From Diplonema japonicum (taxonomy: Eukaryota; Protista; Euglenozoa: Diplonemea), in contig OZ025760.1 in the NCBI GenBank assembly GCA_964019335.1, forward strand, positions 141,053 to 205,052: a DNA stretch of 64,000 nt, written 5' to 3'. Within the stretch, counting starts at the first letter, position 1. Every line of letters starts with the position of its first letter. This document shows positions 35,534 to 45,329 of this stretch, one piece after another. A program made the position numbers and the translations under genes. A model generated the notes under the pieces. The model did not search any database. It worked only from the letters and a program-made list of their open reading frames with translations, and was not told the DNA's origin.

Positions 35534-37663
35534 CTATACCCTCTCGGTGAGCACCATAAGAGAGCAGGAAGGAAGCGGGAGGCTGATATTTCGAGGTGTG
35601 GCGCGAAGAGAAGGCAAGGGAGAGACGTCAAGACGGTAAGCAGCAGGGGGTGGAGGGGTGAGAGAGTTTGGGAAACAGCCCTGGCCATGGCAAAACAAAG
35701 AATTGTCGGCGGATACAGCCGAGATTCGAGGAAGGACGGACACCGCCTGGGGGAGGGACAGCAGCGCCTCCTCGAGGGTTTCTATCTTCCTGCCGATGAA
35801 AGCCGCAGCGCGGTAGTTGGAAAACGCCTTCTGCGAGTGAAGCTCGACGTGGAGCAGTCTCAAAACCGTCGTGAGATGCGCCTGCTGAGCTGTCTTAAGG
35901 GCGTCAAGCGATTTCTCCCATAGTTTCCATTTGTTGACCACTTTTTTGACAAGCTTCCGCTTGCTGATGACGGAGTTCTTCGTTCTGTTTGGGAAGCGGC
36001 TCATCCTCACCCCTCCTTCGAACCTGTCATCGTCATCAGATGAGCCATCGTCTCCTTCAGGAAACTGCCCCGAGAGCGACAGAACCTGCCGATGGATAGC
36101 AAGAAGGGTGTCGAGAGCGACTGATAGACTCTCACCGTGTTCCATCTCAGAGAGTTTTATTCTGAGCTCTTCGAGGGTCTGCTCCAAGGTGAGTGTCTGT
36201 ATCTCACACGGTGCGGTGATGATGCTCTTGCTGCAGGCATCGTTCTCGTGATGCATCTGTCGTTGTTCTTTTTCCGCGTTTTCTATTTTTCGAACGGCGT
36301 CTTCGTTTTTTAACACGAGCTCTCGCTCTCTTTTTTTTAAGAGGGTGATGGTGTCTCGGGATTCTATCTCCGCTTTCCGAAGCTTGTTCACCTCGACTTG
36401 AATTTTTTCCCTGTCGGCTTGACACGTTTCAAGTTGTTCTGCTATACGGGCGTGTTCTGCATCCTGTTCGGTCAGGTAGCTTTTGAGTTTTTTCGTTTCG
36501 GTCAACAATTTCTCCATCTTTTTGACCGGTTCATGCGCGTGGGGACCGAGGTCGTTGTTCAGAGTTTCTTTTCGAACAACCGTCGCTGGTTCGTAATCCA
36601 CATCGGTGAGTAATGATGAGAACCGCGTGTACACGGCAGAGGGGAAGTCAATTGCTGCTCCGAGTTTTGCGGACACGTCAAGAAACCTTGATTCAAGATG
36701 GCGGGCGTTATCTATAAATGATGCTAAAGGCGTTTTGGTGGTGGTTTCGAATGGGTTTCCCTTGCATCGAGTCGGGGTGATACCGAGCTCTGATGAGAAG
36801 ACCTGCATCGTGGTCAGGAGGAAGGCCGAGTTGGCACGTTTCAGTTCCCGCACTGTGTTCTTCAAGGGAAGCAGTTGTGTCTCGATATCTTCAAAGGCTG
36901 CTATTTTCGCGGTGAGGCTTTTCATCTTCAGCTCCTGCTCGGCTATGATCGCGCTGGACTCGTCGTTCATCTTCGCAAGTTTTTTGTTCGCGCGTTCTTC
37001 TTTCGCAAGCTGTTGAAGGAGTTCTTTTGTTGCTTCTGATTGAGACACCTCTTCTTCTGGTTGTTCGTCGGTCGTTTTTTGTTGGTCACCGTCTTCTAGC
37101 AATGCTTCTTCCTCTACTTTCAACATTTTTGAGCATTCGCTCGCCGTTTTTGTTACAAGCCACTCCCTGCATTTTCTCATTAACCGGAAGCAGTCTTGTC
37201 GAATCTTCAGCTTGAAGAGAACCGCTTCTTTTGAATGCTGTGCTCGGAGCGCTTGGATCTCCTTTTGTTTTTCCTCAATTTCAAATTTTTTTGCAAGAGT
37301 CTTCTCTGTGAGCGAGCTGATGCGCTCCTTCAGCTTTCGTATGTCGCAGTCCTTTCGGGATATAAGGGCAGTGTACTTCTCTGCGATTTGGTTTTCCAGT
37401 ACCGCTGTTCTCAGATCTGTCGTGAGACCGTTCCACTTGCCTTCGCTCGGTGTTTCGGTTACCGCTTGACTGGGCTCGGAAGGGGCTGGGGCTGTTGGGG
37501 AGTAGACTGCAGACGACGTCTCGCTTTGGTCCTCATCCTCCTTTTGAATTGTTTTCGTCGCGTCGCTGGTTTCCGTGTAAGATTTCAACGCCTCTAGCAG
37601 GCTGCTCCCGTCTTTGGAGTTCATGCCCCCGAGTTTCTTGGCCTTCTTCTTGAACTTTCCCAT
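35534..37663 (-). CDS. Coiled-coil protein of unknown function
   Basis: Long E/K/L-rich ORF. Probable start MGKFKKK at 37663 after an A-run. Confidence 0.75.
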   Translation of the reverse strand: MGKFKKKAKKLGGMNSKDGSSLLEALKSYTETSDATKTIQKEDEDQSETSSAVYSPTAPAPSEPSQAVTETPSEGKWNGLTTDLRTAVLENQIAEKYTALISRKDCDIRKLKERISSLTEKTLAKKFEIEEKQKEIQALRAQHSKEAVLFKLKIRQDCFRLMRKCREWLVTKTASECSKMLKVEEEALLEDGDQQKTTDEQPEEEVSQSEATKELLQQLAKEERANKKLAKMNDESSAIIAEQELKMKSLTAKIAAFEDIETQLLPLKNTVRELKRANSAFLLTTMQVFSSELGITPTRCKGNPFETTTKTPLASFIDNARHLESRFLDVSAKLGAAIDFPSAVYTRFSSLLTDVDYEPATVVRKETLNNDLGPHAHEPVKKMEKLLTETKKLKSYLTEQDAEHARIAEQLETCQADREKIQVEVNKLRKAEIESRDTITLLKKRERELVLKNEDAVRKIENAEKEQRQMHHENDACSKSIITAPCEIQTLTLEQTLEELRIKLSEMEHGESLSVALDTLLAIHRQVLSLSGQFPEGDDGSSDDDDRFEGGVRMSRFPNRTKNSVISKRKLVKKVVNKWKLWEKSLDALKTAQQAHLTTVLRLLHVELHSQKAFSNYRAAAFIGRKIETLEEALLSLPQAVSVLPRISAVSADNSLFCHGQGCFPNSLTPPPPAAYRLDVSPLPSLRATPRNISLPLPSCSLMVLTERV

Positions 37664-38083
37664 GTTTTTCTTTTTTCCCCCCACTCCTTTTTCTAAGCGG
37701 GGGGGAGGGGGATAGAAAAAAAAAAACAAGGGCCGAGCAAATAGCACGTGATGCTGATGCGTACGGCGCACTGAGAACTTTCATCTGCCACCGGCTTTCC
37801 TTCCTGCCACAAAAAAGAAGTGCGTAACGCTACCTTCAAACCATTTATATCTGTGTAACGGTATCTCAAAGTCCTCTGTCACACTGTCTCACATACGAAG
37901 CAGAGGTGCCTCTAGCCCTTCTTATCACGCTTGTATCACTGCCGCATCTATACAGCAATTCTGGTGTGTTATCTTCCGTCGTGTTCAGGTCTCCTCCTAC
38001 TATTCTAGGTACCAGGCGTAGTGTAAAGGGAAAGAAGGGGGGGGGGGGGGGGGGGGGGGAATAGAGAATACTGCAATATAAAG

Positions 38084-38104
38084 GTGACTGACATCCTCAA
38101 GAGG
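38084..38104 (+). repeat. 21-bp direct repeat, copy 1 (GTGACTGACATCCTCAAGAGG)
   Basis: Identical copy at 39337-39357. Confidence 0.85.
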
Positions 38105-38303
38105 CCACCCAACGTACAGGAATTAAGCAGAGGTTGCTTTCATGACCCGTATCAGTCCATTGCCGGAAAGAATTTAAGGAAAGTAACAGAACAAAGGGGA
38201 AGAAGAAGAAGGGAAAAAAAGGGGGGGGGGGAAAGATCCCTGCTAACTATTTTCTTTCTCTACGCTACAATATATGTTCACTACATGCACTCCACCCCTA
38301 CTC

Positions 38304-38864
38304 CTACCCGGTCAGCAGTTTCTGCAAGACGCCTATCAATAAGCTCAGGAGCATCGAACTGCCTATGGGTGCAAAGAAGAAAACATTACCGTAATTGAAA
38401 CTGAGGTCCCCTGGAACGCCAGTCGAAGCGTAGCGGGGGGAGGAAGAAGAAGAGGAAGAAGACGAGGACGATCTAGGCGCGGAGGGGAACAAAACAAATT
38501 TGTACAGAAGCGTCAGAAATATCAAAGAATATATCAACAGTATAGGAAGGCGGTAGGCTGGGAGGATACCGAAAGTGCCTATGTAGTCCTGTGCACGTGT
38601 TAGCAAAGGGACAGGTGGTGGCGGCGGAGGTGAAGAAGTGCTTTGCTGCGTCTCTGTGACCCTCGGTGCCCGCCCTGATTCGATTTCCCTTTCCACGCTT
38701 TCCAGTAGCCTCTCAGCACAGACCGCCACCCTTGTCCCGGGGGACAATGTGCCCACCTTCTTGCAAAACCTCGCCGCGCGCTCAAACTGTCGCTTTCTCA
38801 CGAAGCCCTCGGCCAACGCCATACACCGCTCTGCTTCGCATTCGTTCGCTGTTGAAAGATTCAT
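38304..38864 (-). CDS. Small membrane protein: DNAJB12-like N-terminal helix plus DUF2905-like C-terminus
   Basis: NECEAERCMALAEGF...AARF; TM ILLIYSLIFLTLLY; C-terminal VPGDLSF...FFFAPIGSSMLLSLLI. Confidence 0.65.
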   Translation of the reverse strand: MNLSTANECEAERCMALAEGFVRKRQFERAARFCKKVGTLSPGTRVAVCAERLLESVEREIESGRAPRVTETQQSTSSPPPPPPVPLLTRAQDYIGTFGILPAYRLPILLIYSLIFLTLLYKFVLFPSAPRSSSSSSSSSSSPRYASTGVPGDLSFNYGNVFFFAPIGSSMLLSLLIGVLQKLLTG

Positions 38865-38904
38865 GGTTCGCCTCCCCACACCAAGCCCCCCCTTTTATTA
38901 TCGT

Positions 38905-38949
<45 letters not shown>

Positions 38950-39299
38950 GGTATAGAAAAGGGGGATAAAGAGGATGAAGGGGGGGGGGGTTTCTTTTTT
39001 TTTTTTACGTTGTTCCCGAGGGGGATAAAGCTAGCGGAAGAAGGGAAAAAAAAAAAAAAAAAAAAAAAAAAAGATGTCGCTGAAGGAACGAGAAGAAAGA
39101 GGACAGAACTTAGGTTCAAAACAGAAGTGAGTTGGGGAGTGCAACGGGGGGGGGGGGGGTCACCACCCGAACACAAGGAATCTCATTCCAAAGTAACTCG
39201 CTTAAGCCAGGCCTGAGGTCTTGCTGCCCCTAAAGAAAGAGATAACAAATAACAACTTTAAAAAAAAAAAGGACAAATACTGCAAAATGAAAACGTAAA

Positions 39300-39336
<37 letters not shown>

Positions 39337-39338
<2 letters not shown>

Positions 39339-39357
39339 GACTGACATCCTCAAGAGG
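39337..39357 (+). repeat. 21-bp direct repeat, copy 2
   Basis: Identical to 38084-38104. Both are preceded by AATACTGCAA. Confidence 0.85.
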
Positions 39358-39616
39358 AGACACAAAAAATTAATTTCCTTTTTGAGTGTGTTGGTGGACG
39401 ACGACGGAACACTACTTCAAGAACACCATTTTGTTCTCAGAAATCTCAGAAAACAAAAAAAGACAATCCCGCAGCAGAGCCTTCGTCCCTATTGTTGCCT
39501 TTAGTCTAACGCAGCCGTGCCACTCGGTTTTTCTTGTAGAGGGGTGGATAAGATTGGTCCCACCTCCCTACCCTTACAAGCTGACGATAGTATCGTTTTT
39601 TTTTCTTTTCTTTTTT

Positions 39617-42600
39617 TTAACCCCCCCCTCCCCTTTCATTTTTCAGAACACACTGTTGCTTGAGCCAACCGACGCTCCGTGTCAGGAGGTCGTGGCAGGC
39701 GGCAGAATCCTCGTCCATGGCGACCTCTTCCAAAAAATGGTTCTCTCGTTGGAACAAAACGTGAAAGATAGGCAGCAACGGGTACCGAACAGTCTTGTCA
39801 TGAAGTGCACCTTCAGCTTGTTCCACACAAATCTTGTAGAAGGTTTCTCTCCATTCCTTGTAGCACAGCACCTTTTGTTCAACACCAGTGGCAGCCGCCA
39901 CCGTGTCAAACAGCGCCTTCTTCCGCAGAAACAATGCGGGTATGGCACGGAAAAGAGACACGTTTTGATAACCACTACCTGCAGCATGAAGGATTACCTG
40001 TGCGCACCGGTCAGCAGGAAGCACGTGCATGCCTTGGTCGTCGTTCGCGTCATCGAATGTGTACAGAGGACCGCCATAGAGAAGCGCCTCCAGAAACCTG
40101 TGGTAGTAATCACGTCGTTGGCCTCGTCCGGTGCGGGAGTTGCACCCAATGTACCCCAAGCGTATGATGGCAAGGCTGCCATCGGTACAACCGGCTTGAT
40201 GGTGGATAAGCGCGCGTTCCGCCACAGCCTTGGAAACCGCATACCCGCGTTTGGCCGCGACTTCGTCGAGATCCAGCTTGTCAGACACAGAAGCGACGCT
40301 GGCGGTGGAGATGAACACATAACGTGCGGCAGGGTACAGATGTCTCAGGGTGACCGGCATCATCACGTTGGCATCACGCAAACTTGAGTACGACTTTGAG
40401 AAGTCAACTGCGGCAGCAGCGTCGATCACAAGGTCCACGTTGTTGTGAGGGCAGGTCTCCTTCAATACTTCCGATGACGGCAGTACATGGATAGCTCCAC
40501 TTTCCAGCAGTGTCGCGATGCGTGTGAAGCTATCATCCGCGTCGCCCAGATAGTGCTTTGCCGTGTCCACCACTCGCGCACGTCCCTCGCGTTCGTTTTC
40601 ACACCTCACCAAGCACGTGATCCGTGTGGAAGACTCCACGCGGCTTATCTTCTCAACGAGGCTTGCTAGAACGTGGAACCCAACCAACCCCGTGACACCA
40701 GTGAGAAGCGTTTGTTTTGGAACTTCCCTGCTGGGAGTGTCGGAATGCAGGTCGTCATGACGGAGTGGAACGACCTCCAGGTTGATCGGTTCCTTCAAGG
40801 ACCACTTTGCAATGTCGTCTTGGATGGTCGTGGCTGCTGTGCGTGACAAAAGGCGGTTCGAAACAAACTCCATTGTCGGGGCGTATGATGGGTCGCGTGC
40901 TTTCTTCCCGTCGTCGCTTCGTTGGCGGCGGATTGCGTTTACGAGGAGAACACGGCGGAGGGAGTCTAGTTCCGTGTACGTGTCACCCCCGGTGAGTTGT
41001 TCAGCTTGTTCGTCGAAGGAAGCGTTCACTGCATCTTGCAGCTCCTTCAGATCCTGCTCGTAGTGGTGTTTCACTACGGCACGCTTGACTTTCATCGAGT
41101 CCGTGCGCATGCTGTCATCGAACAAACTGGCTTTGGAAACCACGCGGAGCTTCAGCGGGGCAGATCCTGGCAAATCCTCGCACAGCTTCTGCACGTCTTG
41201 CAGCAGCTTCTCCTCATCGGCGTCTTCCTTCGCCGACGTGAGAAGCGCAACTGTGAAATCACCGCAAAAATGTACGAACATCGACGTGATGCCGTACAAG
41301 CCGACACTGCGCTGTTCTACGACTTCTGGTTGGCAGAATCTTCCGTTCGGAAGCTTCATGGTGCTGTTCAGGCGTCCGGTGAGGACCAGTAAGCGCTGGC
41401 CGCTTTTCGTCTCCCAATGCCCGGTGTCATTCGTACAAAAGTACCCATCCGAGTCCAAGTGAGTTGCCGTGCCATACATCCCGTCGCAGAGGAAGGGGCT
41501 CTTGACCAAGACGGCAGAGTCGGAGTCACGGATGCGGACTTCCACGTCTCTTTGGACGACCCCGTCGCGTGCAATTGGACCGGCTTCGGTAGAGCCGTAG
41601 CCGTTGATCACCCGGAACTGCGAACCAAACGTGCGCTTCATCCATTCCACCACAGGTTCCGGTGTGGCAGCTGTCCCTGTGATGACCACCATACACCGCA
41701 GCCCTACGAGGTCCTCTGCCGCAACACGCGCACCGTGGTACTTGTCAAACAGGGCCTGCCACAGCAGTGGTACCAAAGATACACCTGTGAGATGAAGGTG
41801 CGGGAGAAGCTTCAACATAAGGGTTGTGTCATTGATCAGATATTTCGCCCCACCCGTAAACAGCGATGTCCACAAACCGTGCCGGCCTGAGAAATGCGCC
41901 AAGGGTGTGTACGTTGCAGACACGGTCATGCTCATTGCCCCGTCCTTGGGGGCGCCCTTCGCGAATATCGCCCGCCACTTGTTGCGAGTGTAAAACACGG
42001 GCTGCTTCAGGGTTCCAGAGGTACCGGAGGAGGGGAAGTAGCCAACTGGCGTGTCGTCGCTGACGCCATCTGCCAGCTCCTTACGCAGGAGCTCCAGCAA
42101 CTCCCGAGGAGCTTCTGTGGGAAGCGGACGGGAGAGAAGCTGCGAGAGTGGGAGGTACCTTGTTCCAGGAGCTAAGTCGGGGTGCATTGGTACTACATCA
42201 TCGTTGCATACAACAACGGCAATCGGCACTGCTACTGCGTTGACATCTGCGGCGAGCGCCGTCCCTCCCTGTTGGGGTGCCAGAGGAACTGTCGGAACCC
42301 CCAGTAGCGCACAGGCGAAGTCCACAGCAGCCCACGATACACAGTTGGGAAGAGCAACCGCGACAGCAGCGTCATCGGAAGGGAGCTCTCGTTCCGCCAG
42401 TACTTGCTTGAGTACCAGCGATGCCCGTGCAGTTGCGACGAGAAGATCGCCGAATGTGTGCCAAAGGAAATGACGATGTGGGTCAAGCCCGCCACCCTCC
42501 GCAGCCCCGAAGTCAGAACCCGTCATCCGTTCAGCAAGGAACGGCTTGTCCATGAACTGTTCGAAGTTACGCAGGATCGCAGCCCGCAACGTGGCGTGAT

Positions 42601-43255
42601 CCTGCGGGTGCAGACGCTCGTGCGGTTTCACAAGGAAGCAATGATGTCCAGCCGTGTCGCGTGAATGCTGCTCAGCATGCTGGGAACAAAAGGTAACATT
42701 CGGGCACTCCAGGCAAACATGCATCGCGTCTTCGTCCGGTGTGAGCTTCTCTTGAAGCTCGGTGAGCTCCACGGCAGTCGCCTGTACGTATGCTTGCGGC
42801 GTGAGAGCGTCTTTACAGCAGGCTTCACACCAACGATATGGAATCGATAGCCCAGATGCAGCAACAGAGCTCAGTAGTGAAGAGTCTTCCGACAGGGAAC
42901 GGCGTGAGTACTGCGTTCTCACGCAAGTGAGAAGGCTTTGAGGGACTGGTGTAGACAGCTCCACAGTGCAGGTCCCTCCCACATCGATAATGTCGATCAA
43001 CATCCGTTGCAGCAAAGCAGCAGGATAGACGTCGCGGGGCAGAGCTTTCGACAACGCCTCGAATACTGTGTTCATTCCCTCCTCAAGCCATGCTGTTGCG
43101 GTCGGGGGTCCCTGCGCCACCCAGTTTCCTTCCTCGCATGAATACACCTCTACCTTGCAGGACCTTTCCACACCAGTTAGCGGAAGCCTCAATAGTGCTT
43201 CGGTTTGGACACCATCGCATTTAAGGGAAAGCACACTTTTAAGCGGTCCCACCAT
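39617..43255 (-). CDS. NRPS-like / carboxylic acid reductase-like enzyme (zinc finger-A-T-R)
   Basis: A domain (SSGTSGTLK, GYGSTEAG, DGYFCTNDTG, GRLNSTMKLPNG), carrier DSL motif and thioester reductase (LLTGVTGLVG, GYAVSK, RLGYIG). N-terminal CEAC...CLEC....FC..H...H. Confidence 0.85.
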   Translation of the reverse strand: MVGPLKSVLSLKCDGVQTEALLRLPLTGVERSCKVEVYSCEEGNWVAQGPPTATAWLEEGMNTVFEALSKALPRDVYPAALLQRMLIDIIDVGGTCTVELSTPVPQSLLTCVRTQYSRRSLSEDSSLLSSVAASGLSIPYRWCEACCKDALTPQAYVQATAVELTELQEKLTPDEDAMHVCLECPNVTFCSQHAEQHSRDTAGHHCFLVKPHERLHPQDHATLRAAILRNFEQFMDKPFLAERMTGSDFGAAEGGGLDPHRHFLWHTFGDLLVATARASLVLKQVLAERELPSDDAAVAVALPNCVSWAAVDFACALLGVPTVPLAPQQGGTALAADVNAVAVPIAVVVCNDDVVPMHPDLAPGTRYLPLSQLLSRPLPTEAPRELLELLRKELADGVSDDTPVGYFPSSGTSGTLKQPVFYTRNKWRAIFAKGAPKDGAMSMTVSATYTPLAHFSGRHGLWTSLFTGGAKYLINDTTLMLKLLPHLHLTGVSLVPLLWQALFDKYHGARVAAEDLVGLRCMVVITGTAATPEPVVEWMKRTFGSQFRVINGYGSTEAGPIARDGVVQRDVEVRIRDSDSAVLVKSPFLCDGMYGTATHLDSDGYFCTNDTGHWETKSGQRLLVLTGRLNSTMKLPNGRFCQPEVVEQRSVGLYGITSMFVHFCGDFTVALLTSAKEDADEEKLLQDVQKLCEDLPGSAPLKLRVVSKASLFDDSMRTDSMKVKRAVVKHHYEQDLKELQDAVNASFDEQAEQLTGGDTYTELDSLRRVLLVNAIRRQRSDDGKKARDPSYAPTMEFVSNRLLSRTAATTIQDDIAKWSLKEPINLEVVPLRHDDLHSDTPSREVPKQTLLTGVTGLVGFHVLASLVEKISRVESSTRITCLVRCENEREGRARVVDTAKHYLGDADDSFTRIATLLESGAIHVLPSSEVLKETCPHNNVDLVIDAAAAVDFSKSYSSLRDANVMMPVTLRHLYPAARYVFISTASVASVSDKLDLDEVAAKRGYAVSKAVAERALIHHQAGCTDGSLAIIRLGYIGCNSRTGRGQRRDYYHRFLEALLYGGPLYTFDDANDDQGMHVLPADRCAQVILHAAGSGYQNVSLFRAIPALFLRKKALFDTVAAATGVEQKVLCYKEWRETFYKICVEQAEGALHDKTVRYPLLPIFHVLFQRENHFLEEVAMDEDSAACHDLLTRSVGWLKQQCVLKNERGGGG

Positions 43256-43305
43256 TTCTTTTTTTGATACAGAAGCGGTGGTTTCTTTTTCTTTTTTTTT
43301 TCTTT

Positions 43306-43433
43306 AGGGAACCCATCGTAGGACATTGAAAGCTGCGTCTTCAAAAGGTTCCGTGTCTTGTCGTTGTTCGCTGCTAAGTCGGAACCTTTAACATGGTGCG
43401 TCTCCAGACAGACAGCCGGGTCGCTGTTTTTAT
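43306..43433 (-). repeat. Ectopic copy of an internal fragment of the K+ channel gene (11041-11181)
   Basis: AGGGAACCCATCGTAGGACATTGAAAGC...GTTCGCTGC is identical to 11041-11109. After a short deletion the match continues with GTCGGAACCTTTAACATGGTGCGTCTCCAGAC. Confidence 0.92.
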
Positions 43434-43619
43434 ATTTATCGGGTGCGCAGAGCCAAAATGTTCACCCTGCGTGGCAGTTTGAATTTTTCTTCCCCCTTTC
43501 AATGCACCAAGGGGGCCTGGTCCACTACCACCTACATACTGGCCTGGGCTGCAAATGGCAACCGCGCGAAGAAACCCCCAGGGTTCCCTTTTGCATCGTT
43601 GTCCTCCCTTGCTGCCCCT

Positions 43620-44100
43620 GAGGCAATCAGCTTGTCGAGCCTTCGTGTGGCCCACTATTTATAACCTTTCTTAATAGATGCTTTACAGCTGCGTTCAACC
43701 CAATATCCATCGGTTGAACCATGTAGGTGAGCCCAGGGGGACAAAAGCAATGTGCACGTTTGCGCCTGCGAACCACTCTACGAACCCATAGGCATAGGTC
43801 GTATGAGAGTTGTGGTCGCCGACAAGCAGCAGAATCGGCCCGTTCGGCAAAACCATGGGAATCGATGATTTATAGCAAAAAGGAAGAAACAGCTCCGTAA
43901 CCCAGATACCGAGTATCATAATTAGCCCAATGATTGGGCGATGCCGTTAGGCTCCATTCGGTGGCTCATCCAGCCAAGGAAACAGCCAGCTGTTCGGTTA
44001 TAGCCCGTTTTGTCCCCCAAGCCACGGACTTTTATGACCTTAGCACCGCTTTTTCGTTTTAGTTTTTAACCCCGTATTCCAGACCAATTCCGGCCTTACT
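43620..44100 (-). pseudogene. Decayed pogo/Tigger (DDE_1) transposase
   Basis: Frame-joined remnants GAKVIKVRGLGDK, SPNHWAN, WVTELFLPF, PILLLVGDHNSH and PPGLTYMVQPMDIGLNAAVK (pogo-type P.G.T..xQPxD.G motif). Confidence 0.75.
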
Positions 44101-44569
44101 TTATGGGTGTCGATTATGGACCTGAATTCCATGGTGGAACAGTGTGCCCTCTCGTTGTCCTTCTCGTTTCCGGAGGTGGCTTGCGGCTTTTGTCTTTCTT
44201 GCTGCAAATTTTGTCAGCCTAGACGGTAAAGGGGGCAGCAACAGGCCCAACAGAGCCCCCACTCCTCCGAGATCCACACCCTGGCCGCCGCGACGCCGAT
44301 AGCAGCGTATCGCCCAATACGGGATTTAGCACCCTTCGAGGGCTGAAGCTTTCGGGGGTTTGTACTGGCCTTCTCGGCCCGGTGTAAGGAGTTTATCTCC
44401 TCCACCTCTCGGGGGTGAGCTGGCCGGGGGTGTCAGCACCAAAGTTGGGCCCCTCACAAGCCAGCTGCTCAACGTGCCTTGGGTAGTCGAACTGGTCAAT
44501 TTGACGAAAGAAGTACGGGTTTATGAGAAGTTAAAGATCCCGTGGGTGCTGTTTGTTGGTGACGGCTTA

Positions 44570-44650
44570 CCTAAAAAAAATTCCCGGACGGAAAAACTCC
44601 CGCCAAAAAAACTCGGACATTTTTCCGTCCGGGAGTTTTTCGTTTTACAG
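44570..44650. mobile_element. TIR / mini hairpin of the same family as 159-1019, probably the 5' end of the pogo element
   Basis: CTCGGACATTTTTCCGTCCGGGAGTTTTTCGTTTTACAG|TA is the near-exact reverse complement of 159-197. A degenerate mirror copy starts at 44570. Confidence 0.7.
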
Positions 44651-44829
44651 TAATAATAAAAATAAAAGACTGACCTCTTGTTGAAAAAGAATAAGAAAGA
44701 GAAAGAATTATGAGGGGGGGGGAGGGGTAGTTGAACTATGTTAAGGAGAAAGATAAGAGTTCCTTTTTTTTTCTTCTCCCTCCTCTTTTTTTTTATAGAA
44801 AATGAAGCGGGACCCCCCCCCCCCCCCTA

Positions 44830-44984
44830 GGGCTACGTTGTCGGCGTACGGCCGTACGTACGCCGTGCGCACTTTTTCAAATTTTTCTGCGTACGCGTAC
44901 GCGTTTTGTGCGTACGCCGTTTTCTTAAGTATCTGAATAATAAGGGAAACGGAAATGTTTCCCCGTTTCTTGCCAACATAGCCC
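44830..44984. mobile_element. MITE related to 12191-12389, TA-flanked, within a poly-C tract
   Basis: TA|GGGCTACGTTG ... CAACATAGCCC|TA. The right arm has GGAAAC motifs and the left arm has CGTACG motifs. Confidence 0.7.
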
Positions 44985-45329
44985 TAGCCCCCCCACCATC
45001 ACCCCCCCTTTCTCTTAATAGACACTATTTGTAAGTAAAAACAAAAAAACAAAAACAAAAACAAAAAAGAGCCAGCTGATTGTTTTGTGCAAGCTGTTCC
45101 ACCAAGTACCCCCCCCCAAAAAAAGTCTTCAGAAAAACTTAAACGAAGCTCCTCCCCCCTCCCCACCCCCTCTCCCCCCTTGGTTTACAAAATCCTCAGA
45201 TCGACACCCCCCCCCCCCCCCCCCCCCTTTTGTTTCATAAAAATAAAAAAATTCTCATCTCACAACTTTCTTTTTCCCCCCCGCTGTATATAAGAAGCAA
45301 TTTTCTTTTTTTTTTTTTTTTTTTTTTTT

